A DNA stretch of 64,000 bases, from positions 24,117,899 through 24,181,898 of the forward strand of contig OZ316891.1 of NCBI GenBank assembly GCA_973895155.1, in the 5' to 3' direction. This DNA is from Marsupella aquatica. Lineage: Eukaryota; Plantae; Marchantiophyta. A program made the translations under genes and the position numbers. Under the pieces are notes generated by a model that had not been told where the DNA came from, ran no database searches, and saw only the letters and a program-made list of their open reading frames with translations. Positions within the stretch are counted from its first letter, which is position 1, and each line of letters opens with the position of its first letter. Shown here in pieces: positions 24,207-35,092 of this stretch.

Positions 24207-25987
24207 ATGTCGGTATCATCTATGGCCTCGAGGCACCTTTTACTCTCCGGTCTCTATCATTGAAGAATTTATCCCATAATTTATCCCTCGGCTCAACGAG
24301 CCCGAACTAACCCCATCACGGTGGGTATTCCCGGCCCATGAGAGGCGACCCCAGCTCAAGGCCAAAAGTCCGGCGGCCATGAGACCCATGACTACCCCGG
24401 CCCCACAACCAGCCGCTGCCGCCCCTCCGTCCGTATCCGACGATGTGGTTATCGCAACCCTAGACTCGATCAACCAGGTCAGCGCGATCAAAGCCGGGTT
24501 GGCAGAGGCCGGGCCCGAGCCCGAGACTGTGGTTACAGAGGACACCCCGCTACCCTCCACAACTGTCCAGGAGAACCGCCCATCCCGTGGAACCCAACCC
24601 CCTCTACCGTCATGCTTCAAGGGCTGGATGTCACCACTCCAACTCCCGCGCGAGTTGAGGTCTGTCCTTGCCCAAACCCGGATGGGCATAGTGTGGAGTA
24701 CCCGGAACTCTTTGCATCGGGCATGTTTTTGAATGGGTTGCTGGGAGACTTCTCCCAACAAATTGCGCGGGATACCGGGGAGTACATGGCACGAAAGGTG
24801 GCCTACTTCTTCAACCAGGAATTGGTTGCAGCTGTGCAAGCAGGGCATGTGCAGGCTGAGGCTACGCAGAGGATAGAGTGGTATCGGGTTGAGTCTGCCC
24901 ACCTGAAAGACAAAGTTTATGCTCGGGAGACCAAACTCCAACTGCTTTGACCTCAAGTAGCGGCCACTAAAGATCAGGTGGCCAAAGCTAGGGCCCGGGC
25001 AGCCTTGGCAGAACAGGCCGAAGCCGGAAAGGATGCCAAGATTGCACGGCTCCGAACCCAGATTGATGGTATGAAGGGACAAGCCGTCATCTGGCAAAAG
25101 GATGTGGAGGAGGCCGACGCTCGGGCCCAACAAAACATAGCCAAGATAGACGCCCTGAAGGCGGAAGTGGCACGGCTTCAAGGAGAAGCCACAAAGCAGG
25201 CCCAGTTGGTGGACAAGCTGACAAGCGACGCCCAGCAACTGGAAGAGGCATATCTTAGATAGCATAGATTCGAGCACGTGGTCATTCCAAACCCCGGCTC
25301 TTAGTATTTAGTGCACCCCCCGGTAGAGGCAGGGGGATTTTAGTTTCAAAACTGGGTATCCGCAGGATGTACGGGGAGTCCCGGCCTTTGTGAGTGAAAG
25401 AATACCAAGGAGGGAGGGTACGACTAAGCTCGCTGGGCGAGTGCGGAGCCGGGTTCCGTTGTAGTGTACGACGCTTTGCCGTTGGGCCTGTTTACTCAAG
25501 AGATGTTGAGTCAACCGAGTATATGTGTATGACGGATTCTGAAGTAAAGTCTTTTCCCACCATTTCCTTCATGCAAACCAAGATTGTATGTGTGTGAGTT
25601 CAGTTGCATGTATGAATCTCGTATATGGGTAGAGAATGCTTGGCCAAACGCATTATCTGAGCCGTGCATGGGGTGTAGGCTGCGGATAGTGGTTGCAAGC
25701 CTGGGTTGGATACCCGTATCATCAGATCCGGATAGGAGGCGGACAGCACGAAGGCTTAGAAGCCCTTAAGCCGGGGTCAATCCAGCTATCGACTTAAGGT
25801 ACGTTCCGGCGGCGGAACACAAACTATACCCATGACATTTTTGTAAGTAGGACTAGGCACACTTAGCGCTAGATTATGGGAGTAAGGTTCAGTTTGCACA
25901 TCCCTCCTTGCCCAAACCCTCAAAAGTAATGAAGATTATGCCCGTCTAAGCCAAAATCCGTGTAAGGACGAAGCTTACAGCGTGACA
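24207..25987 (+). mobile_element. 3' part of a family A-related Gypsy LTR with a fragment of the LTR-encoded ORF
   Basis: ORFs 24612-24950 and 24978-25262 match 8676-9215 and 8139-8630 (CPCPNPDGHS, DTGEYMARKVAYFFNQE); ends CGTGACA at 25987; internal deletion near 25255. Confidence 0.88.
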
Positions 25988-27089
25988 CAATGTTTCAAAG
26001 ACTTCTGGGGATCCAGAAATAGCAAGGAACACAACTTCTGGGATTCCTGTTGGAGTTTGCTCTCCTCCAGTTATCCATATTTTGGATGACAATGGTGATG
26101 ATGCAAGTCATAATGTCCATGACATCAACCAAACAAGGACTCAACCTTCACATGATGTTGGGGACGACCATCGGGATGCCCCCCAAAGGATCCCTTCCAT
26201 CCAAGAGGTTGATGTTCCTTATGGGACCTGGCATCTCAGGCAAAGCGGGAGAGGTGCTGGATCTGTTTGCAACGGGTCGGTTGACCGAAGCATTTTTGGA
26301 AGAGATGAATGTCTAAATCTCATCAAGGAGACTGGATGTAAGTTGGCACAAGGGGAAATTGTTGGAGTCGCCATTCACGGGTTGCGATTATCGTCTCCAC
26401 ACTACCAGTTGTTGTACTTTTTTCCTAACAATAAGTGTCACAAGAGCCAAGGACGCAGAACTCTAGCTCAACTACCCCCACCACCCGAGTCTCTCAAGGT
26501 TCAACATGGGACTTCCCTCTCCCGTCCCGAGATAGATTTCCTACTCAGATTAGGATTCCAGATCAGTGGACTGTCCTATGTTGATGCAAAAGAAGTTGGG
26601 GAGTTCTCCTCCCCCAACCGGGTCGACCTACGAATTGATGTTAAGTCATTCCCGGAATGAATCGATCTAACTAATGTGGACCGTCGGTTGAAAACCCAAA
26701 ATGGTAAGGGTGCACAACAACGTTTCAGCAATACTCCAGAGTTGCTCAAGTGCATCATTTTTGCTACACAAGAGTACATAGAGTTATCCAAAATGAGAAG
26801 GGTAAGCACCGGAAATGGATGGGGTTGGCGATACTTGATCGCCACTCACGAGACTGATTCACAAGTTCCGCACACATATTGGGTGCAAATCTGTTGTTTC
26901 CCTTCGTGTTCCTGTGAAGACTTTTATAAAAGGCATACACAAGGGAAACCATACATGTCTTGTAAACATCTGTTGTGGGTGTATTTAAACAAGTTTTCAC
27001 TCAATCTAGAGAGGGACGACCTTGTCAAACAGCCGATTCTCACTGTTGGGGAAGTGAGGAGTTTAATTCCGTTACACATAGGGGACTAG
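25988..27089 (+). pseudogene. 3' part of MULE transposase with SWIM finger (copy 3)
   Basis: WHLRQSGRGAGSVCNG...DECLNLIK and YWVQICCFPSCSCEDFYKRH...CKHLLWVY; one in-frame stop at 26658-26660. Confidence 0.87.
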
Positions 27090-27283
27090 TCATTTATTGA
27101 AGTTGCTAATTTTAGATTGGTGGGAGAGGATTCCTCAAGGTAGTGGTTTCACAAATACCAATCTGTTTTCAACTTTAAGAAATAAATTATTTGAATCGTA
27201 TGGCCAAACTCATGTTCTAGTTCAACTGGTTTCTTCTTTTGTAATGCTTTACAACCCAAGTGAATCTCCCTAATGTTAGCGAG

Positions 27284-27767
27284 GGGTAGCAAGGATCATC
27301 AGTTATCAGCCACTGATAATTGATATCAGCCGCTGATATAAGTTATCAGTTTTTCCGCTAAAAACATTTTCAGCTGAGATGATGATTTTGCACTTCTATG
27401 CATCTCAGCTATGCAGTTGAGATTGAGTCAATCTCAACTGACCTCGCCGAGATCGGCGTGTGGACCAAAAAACGGGAAAAAAAATTTAAATTATTTTCTC
27501 AAAAAATTCAAAACGAAAAAAAAATTTGAAAAAATTATATGTCCGTATAGTACGGACACCTGACCATCTCAGTTGGCCCGCCGAGAAGTGGTGTCTGTAT
27601 GATACGGACACCCATAGTGAAAAAAAATTCAAAATTTTTTTTCTTCATCAAATTTTGAGAAAAAAAATGACTTTTTTTTCGCATTTTTTTGGTGCCACAT
27701 CTTGGTGGCCTCTTTGAGATGATGTGGCAACTGGAAACGACTGATAACTGATGATGTAACTTTACTC
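27284..27767. mobile_element. MITE (Mutator-like), about 484 bp
   Basis: Inverted repeat ATCATCAGTTATCAG (27295-27309) / CTGATAACTGATGAT (27741-27755); flanking direct repeat ATGTTAGCGAG at 27273-27283 and 27768-27778. TSD length of 8-11 bp is ambiguous. Confidence 0.75.
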
Positions 27768-28690
27768 ATGTTAGCGAGGTTTTATCACTAATAGTTTATA
27801 GAGTTTCATGTTCTGTGTTTTAGGCTAGCGATCTCGCTAGTCTTCGAAAGCCTCCAAATTGGATACAACGCTCAAATTTGAAAGAAGAATAGGTTTGTTA
27901 TAGGGGCTCTAGTCCTCCTCTGTTGACTACATGTTCTACACTTAAACCAAAAATAGCTTAAACTAGGCGACTAGGATCTGCATGGTTGAAGCTGGAATGA
28001 TCGAAATGATGTCAGTATTATGCTAGCGATCTCGCTAGTCGGAGACACTCTCCAAATAGGATACAATATTAGCTAAAGCATGGATTAGATTCAAAGTAGT
28101 GTGCATACTAGCTATAGCATATGCGAAATATTTTGGCTGAGTTGCATGTTATTCAATAAAGAGTGCAATCTGCTGTCCTAGAGAACATGTTTTGGCTACG
28201 AGTGGTGGCAGTGTGCAAGTTTTGAGCCTTCTTTTGCTACTGTTTTGCAACTGATGGCTTATAAATTTTTTCGACATTGCTAATCCTTGGCCAAATTATA
28301 AACTTTAATACTTTCAAAAGGGGAAATATGTTCAGCATCCAGAAGATTTTTATTTATTTTTACTAATGGGATGTGGAAACCATTCTTATCACATTTTTGG
28401 GAGAAATGTCTATTGCAAAACCTCATTAAAAACTTAATTTGTCTAAAAAAAATTTGACAGAGAAAATCGTAATTGTGGGTTGCCATTTAGCATTGTCAGA
28501 AAAATAGCAATGTCGGAACAATGTCTAATACCTGTTCTCCTATTTTTGTTACTTTTCCATTTCAAAAATAATGCATACATTGCAAAGTCAGTGTTTATAT
28601 CAGAATGTTCACAACATTCTTAAATTTGCATCACAAAATCATTTTGATGTTCATAAGCACCCTGAAATGTTTTGTTAGTCAGGTATAAAA

Positions 28691-29012
28691 TGTTAAGGAT
28701 TGCTCTTAGTCTTGTGACTCATAGGTTACGACACTTAGGCTAACCACAGTTAGGGTCTTAGCTCAGGTTAGGTTAGTCATGTGTAACCTTGTATATACCA
28801 GGGCTAGTGTAAGCCGCTAGTGCATGGTGCTTACTCATTGTAACAGAGCAACTTGAGGAAGAGCAAGAGCATGTGTGTTCGTCTACTCTTGAAGTAAAGC
28901 TTGAGTGTTCGTGCGGACGTAGCCTTGGAGAAGAGGTGAACCACGTAGAGATTGTGTCGACTACAACAAGAAGCCTTAAAGGATGGGTCTAAGGCCTTAA
29001 TTCCTTTTTCCA
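28691..29012 (+). mobile_element. Copia-type solo LTR (about 322 bp)
   Basis: Starts TGTTAAG and ends TTCCA; TATATA box; GACGTAGCC...AACCAC motif shared with the LTR at 23878-24201; near-TSD TAAAA/AAAAA. Confidence 0.65.
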
Positions 29013-29285
29013 AAAAAATATGATTTTTAGAAATGTAGTCCTAAAACAAGCAATAAAATCAGCATATTTGTTTGACATTCACCCTTTGCATTTTAAACTA
29101 GACTTTACATCAATGTTTGAGACAAAACATATTCGAAACTTGATTTTCATAGAATTGACCTGTCAAAAACAATCATTTATATCATAGTCTAGGCTCCAAG
29201 GCCATTGACATCTCAAAACTTGCAAGTAAAGTCTACTTCTATGCAACTAAAACAACCCTAAAAAGTCTTACAGAAATATCCTCAG

Positions 29286-31888
29286 CTAATCATCTCTTGT
29301 TTCCTCAACACTTCCAACAACTCCTGAAGAGTCAAGTCCTATGATTTCCTCCTCTCCAACTCCTATCTCTGGTATTGGTAGAATGGTCTCTTGAACATCA
29401 ACATCTAAATCCACCATGCCTTTGCCATCATCTTCCTCAATATTGTCCACCAGGTTTAGAATTCTCCCTTTCAAGACACTACTCTAGCGCTCATCAATTT
29501 CTACAGCAACACAATGTCTTCCTTGTGCCAAAGAGGAAGACAATCCTGTGCCTGACCGTAAACAAATATCTAGCACCCAGTCTCCAACCTGGCTAAAGTG
29601 GGTAACTTCCCAATCCAATAACACTCTTGGCTTCTGGTAAAAGTTCACCATCTTATTGTCCCCGTTGTGTTTCAACTTATTGGTCACAGCTGGACACACA
29701 ACCACATTATTTCGAGACTCATTAGTCTCAAAATTGAAATGCTCCAAAGACCGTTTCCCATCCTGACTATGAAAGCCAATGGTGAAACACTCAAAATTGT
29801 TGTTAAGCCTTAATTGCACCTCCTGCATTCTTAACATTGTCTTTCACCCTGCAAAAACCAAACTTGCATTATGGATTTGTTTCAAAATCAAACATCATGA
29901 AATCATGAACACCAAAAAAATTTATTCACCTTTTGAAATGTTTCTTACCAAATACAATTCTGGAAACCACCATTACACTCAGCTTTCAAGACAGTCTTGA
30001 CAGCATCATACTGGTCAATACTATGATGAATGATAATTCGCCAAAGATTTGCCTTGGTGACAACCTTGAAGGACTGAACCATCTTGGTCACCTCTTCCAC
30101 ACCCCATCCAACATTGTCTTCGTGAAGACAAGCAATCATTCCAAACCCATACGGAATATCTGCCAAAGCCAATGTGTAAGCTCGTGATGGGATTACCTCG
30201 TGCAACCGCTGAGCATCGTGTGTAAAGAGATCATAGTACACATCCCCAAACTGTGGATGCTCAAAAGCATTAGGATGAAGTTCACTTCCGTGGGTCTCTT
30301 GGCAAGATTTCTTCATTGCCAACCAGTTCTGTGCTTGTGCAATATGTGCATTGAACTTATCTGGGAAGGACTTCAACTCTTTGCTTTCTTCATTCTCTCC
30401 CTTCTTTTTTCGGGAGCTGCTGTCTTTCTGAGAAAACAAAATTGGGTACATGAGATTCCTACATACTTAAGAATAAAACTGTAAAACAAATGCTCAGTCA
30501 ATCTCAAATAAACTTACCCAAGTCTGGAAGACAGGAACAAAATTCTTCAGCACATTATCAGTGCAGTGTTTTGGGTACTTGGTTTTGCAATTCTTCCAAC
30601 TCTCTTCGTCACAAAGACAGGTAAGAAATGCTTTTTGAACTTGCATTTGGAATTTGTGTCGTTGAAATTCCTGTCCCATCTCTTGAAGAGATAATTCCTT
30701 TGCCAAAACTCTTTGTAGCACTGGACAGATCATGTCCGTATCTTTCAATGCCTGCATGTGTCTCCACTCAGTCAACTTCATATCCTCACATAGCATTTTA
30801 GCATCTCCAGACTTGGACATCTTTTTCTTGGTCTTATCTCCTTTCTGTCCTTTTATCTCACAATTCTCCCATCTGTCAAAGATCTGCCGTATGAAAGACC
30901 AAACAAGATCCTTACAAAATGCCAACTGAAATAAATTATCATTGGCATTCAAAACCTCAGAATCTTTACGTACACCCCAGTCCTTTAGATTGATTTTAGT
31001 GGCACACTCCTTGAAATCAACATTTGATGATGATCCATTCTCTACAAATCGCATGTGAATGTAATTCCCTCTTTGGATGGTGCTCATTTGTTGACGAAAT
31101 TCAGAGTATATTATGACACCAAGCTAAGTTCCTTGCTTCCTGGATAGACAGACCTGCAAAGATCCAAGATTGCACTCTCCTGTACGACTTGTTGTTGGGA
31201 AATTGTAATGCTAGGTTGCCTTTGCACAAGCAGAATGATTTCCCCCAATCATGTAATAGTGGTAATCATTCTTTTTTGAGAAATCAAAATCAGCTCGAGT
31301 TGGGCACTCCTTGGGATCAACCAAGAGAACAAAAGGTGCTGCCAATGGACTAGCTCCAGTTGCTTTCATCCTTGTTGTCAACTGTGTAAGAAAGTAGGGT
31401 TGGATATGCCTTACTTGGTACACTGGCAACTCCAAAGATTTCTCCCGGACAGGTGGGTGAAGTTGTGCAATGTCAATTGTGATTGTCTCCTCTTGAACTC
31501 CACACCTCATCAAAATCCCTTCCTGGTACACCACCCGAGCATCCATAGACATAGATTGAGCCTTCTGCTCCAGATGAGTGGGGACTTTTTCCAACGTCTG
31601 CTTCTTGGATTTTGGTGGACTTGATCTTGCACCTTGAGAACCCTCTGGTCCACGTTTCTTTGATGAAGTCCGAGTACCGGTAGTGCCCTGTGCTGATCCT
31701 CCAGTCACAGTTGTCCCCTCTTGTGATCTTGCAATTTGTGAACCAGCACCAGATATTGGAGATGTAACAACCATCTTTCTTGCTGGGACAGAACTCGGAC
31801 AAGATCCGAAAGGAGCAGAAGAAGGACCAGACTTTGGTGGATGGGCACTGGCACTCTTCTCTGCTGCTTTTTGAAGAATCTCCCTAGA
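29286..31888 (-). pseudogene. 3' part of spliced gene: ParB/Srx-like domain plus beta-class N6-adenine/N4-cytosine DNA methyltransferase
   Basis: ParB-like IDIAQL...QVR...YYMIGGNHSACAK...WIFAGLSIQEARNLAWCHN; motif IV LALADIPYG (30149-30160); CIWVK; FYQKPRVLLDWEVTHFSQVGDWVLDICLRSGTGLSSSLAQGRHCVAVEID (motif X-I-II); GT-AG introns 30428-30517 and 29849-29948; several frameshifts and one TAG. Confidence 0.88.
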
Positions 31889-34800
31889 TGTCAAACACTT
31901 GCCAAGGAGCTTAAGCGGCTTTTCTCCCCAAAAGACTACCTAATACCTGCTCCATGTCATACCAGGGTCACAAAGGATTGACAAAACTTCTGAAGTGTGC
32001 TTACAATGTCCAATCACTCCATACATAAGTAGTTTCAACTCTCCACTTCTAGAGAGGTAGTCCCCTTGACTACTTTTGTACTCACCCCTTCCCCTCTCCT
32101 CTACTCCAAGGATCAGCAAGGGGGATCTCCGCTCCAAGCTGTCACCTTAGAGTAGATTCTCACACAAACACCCAAGAACCCAAAGTACTTTCCTCTTCAA
32201 GCTTAAGTCTCCTCAAGACCCTCAAAGTAGTGTTACCCCTCAACCTTGCCCCCCTGGCCTTGGTTTGGGTCCACACATCCCCTTTGAGCCCTAGAGAAGG
32301 CTCCTCTATCTAAGGACTCTTCCTCTTGTTCTTACTTCTTGTTAACACCACACACCAAGCAAAGTACTTTCCACCCTCAAGCTATAATCCTCTCTAAGTC
32401 TCAAAGTAATGCTATACCTTAACCTTGCCTCCTTGGCCTTGGTTTTGTACTAGCACATCCCCTTCAAGCTTAGACCAAGATTATACCATAGCATGGACTC
32501 TTCTCTTGCTCTCATATACTTCAAATGCACTCACACTTAATGGTCACAATGAAGATTGGTAAGTCTCCTTTTATTGCATCACCTTTACAACAAAAGTTCA
32601 CTACACATTCTCCACACTAAGCATGGACCACCTCTCCTTTCTCAAGCTTAGCCCTACCTTGGCAAGGTAGAGATTTCACTTAAGAGATGAGACTCCCGGT
32701 CCCTAACAAATGAAAACTTCCTCCTTATATACTATCTCCTTCCACATCACACCAAGCTTGACCTGGGGTCCAACTATACCTCCCCCAAGTCCTCCTAACA
32801 CACAAAGTCCAACTCTATAGTTCATAGCCCACCCTACTACTTGCTATTTTGCCTCCTTCCAAGCCCTGGAATATGCCACACATGAGTGGTATGCTTTGAC
32901 TTCCAAACCTACTCCCACTTATGGTCCTCCTCACCAGCTTACCAACCCACTTGAAAGCTCGCAAAAAGAGTGAGTGAGTCTCAAGTTGTGCCTAGTCAAA
33001 GTTGGCCTTATTTTACTTGTAACCCCTTTACTACCCTAAGTAAACTACCCCCTATATTTACTTTTCTTAACTTGATGGCCTTACACCTTTGGCCAAAGGT
33101 AAGTACCCTTCTCTAGAGCCTAACTCAAGTGGTATGGGTGCAAGAAAGGTCAGCCCCTAAATCTGGTATTCATTCCCCTATGCCGACTTTGGTTTGCAAG
33201 TTGTCGGGACTCCCTCGTGGCCTCGGTTAAAAATATATTTGAGTGATTACTTTTCTGGGGTTCCACCTTCACCAGGGGGTGCCTTATCTTCCCCTAACTC
33301 AGCACAAAAAAATTTGGGCCCCAACGGATACCTCTAGCCAAAGTTATGCCCATTCTCCCAAGGCCTGTTTTTGGTGTAAAGCGGGTGTAAGCGGCGGCCC
33401 GATTACACTTACCTTACATGCCCCTTATGGGGATTCCACGTGTCATGAGGGGAGAGCACTCTCATTATACTCATGTTTCTTATGAAGAATTTGTAAGGAC
33501 AGCAATGTTTGCAGCCATTTCTCTCTCGTGAATTCAATCTAAAACCACAGCATTCTCTATTGGATTCTTTCTTGTGCAGCAGTCCAGCTGATCAGCCGCC
33601 AGCCCCTCAATTTCACAGCCACCATAGCTCACAGCCAGCCTAGTCAATTTCGCAGCTAGCCCACCTCTTCAATTTTGCCGCTAGCAACACAGTCAATTTC
33701 GCAGCTAGCAGCACAGTCACATCAGCGCATTTACAGCACAACAACAGCAGATTTGAAGCACAGCAGCAGCAACCATAGCTTGATTCCTTCTCAGTCAAGC
33801 AGGTCTCTCTTCTCAATTTCGTAGCTGCCCACCTTTGCAATTTCGCAGCTAGCAGCAGCATCATTCAATTCAGCAGCATCAAGGCAGCAGCCAGCCAATT
33901 CTCATGAGCATCTCGTGCCTGATTAGTAGGAGCACCTCTAATCTAGTGTGCAGCTGTCATAGCAGCAAGCAGCCTTCCCAATTCAAAGCCAGCAGCGATC
34001 CTAATTTGCAGCCATAGCTCTTTTCCTTCTCAGCAGCCATAGCTTCTTCAATCAGCAACAGCCCTTGCTTCTTCAATCAGCAGCAGCCATTTCAATTCAG
34101 CCGCCCTTCCTTCAATTCAGCCGCCCTTGTGCTCAATTGATTCCTCAAGTAATCATGCAGCACCTTTGGACAGCCTCCCGGTGCTTGACGTCCTCACCAG
34201 CCTCGTGCTTGCTCCTCCTTGCCTCGTGCTCGCTCCTCCTTGCCTCGTGCTCGCCGCGTGATCGTCGCCCACGCGGTTTACACTTAGAAAAAAATACATT
34301 TTTTTTTTGGAAAAACAGCATTTTGGGGCGATTTTGGACCCCCCTCCAAAACTCACACATAAGTCCAAAAGGACTTCTGAGTAGCTCCACTGATTCTATG
34401 GACATAGGACTATGTCCGGGTTTACTAAGATATAAACAAAACCCTATAACAACTTTTCTAAAATTAGGCAAAGAGGGTCAAGTCTTTATGTCTTCCAAAA
34501 TTCTTCTCAACTTTGAGATGCTCCCAAAAAGTAACCAAGTGTGACAAAGTTGTCCCACAAGTTTCTAGGGATAGAGGGGACCATACTTAACCCACTTCCA
34601 AACTTGGAACCCCTACATTTACCCATCAGCTATTTTTCCCGGGACCCGCTATTTGGTAACTTTGATTTTTGCCAAAATACTTATAACTCCTAGGTTAAGA
34701 CCCCACTTGACTTCATACTTTTTCAGGGTTCCCTAGGGACCTCCCAGCACCCATGGGGGAAATATCAGCCAAAAATAAGATGTCCGGTGTCGGGTCATTT

Positions 34801-35052
34801 TTCGGTCCCGACTTAGTCGCCTATTATAACTAAGGACGGACTAGTTTCCTGCCCCTCCTATAGTAACTTGCTTACCCCTAGATAACTTTGCATAACTAAA
34901 TTCCCTCTTACCTCTACTAAGCTTCCCTTCTTACTTAAGTGCCCTAAACCTAGCTACTCTGATAGCACTAAAACTTTTTCCCTAACTATTTCCTCTTCTA
35001 AACGAAAGAATGTCATGTTTCTCTACACTAGCTGACACTGAGCCATCCCACA
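31889..35052 (-). repeat. 3' LTR (3,164 bp)
   Basis: Direct repeat of 41216-44379 at an offset of 9327; the ORF tracks are identical in both copies. Confidence 0.98.
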
Positions 35053-35064
35053 TAGCCCCCTACT
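35053..35064 (-). promoter_or_regulatory. Polypurine tract AGTAGGGGGCTA
   Basis: Directly upstream of the 3' LTR on the minus strand. Confidence 0.85.
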
Positions 35065-35092
35065 TAAGTGTGCAGCGTCCCCGCAAACACAC

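Noticed and set aside
24240-25277. 345-aa minus-strand ORF
   Set aside because: Antisense shadow of the plus-strand LTR-encoded coiled-coil fragments.
28268-28520. 11-bp inverted repeat CGACATTGCTA / TAGCAATGTCG as the left TIR of the Sola-like element or a MITE
   Set aside because: No TSD and no match to the candidate right end near 50983.
29286-31888. Methyltransferase as bacterial or phage contamination, or a restriction-modification system
   Set aside because: It has GT-AG introns, is interrupted by a plant Gypsy element with TSD, and has no adjacent endonuclease.
31940-34544. Short ORFs inside the intact Gypsy LTR (duplicated at 41267-43871)
   Set aside because: Low-complexity, without domains, and not preserved in the related LTR at 57006-59372.
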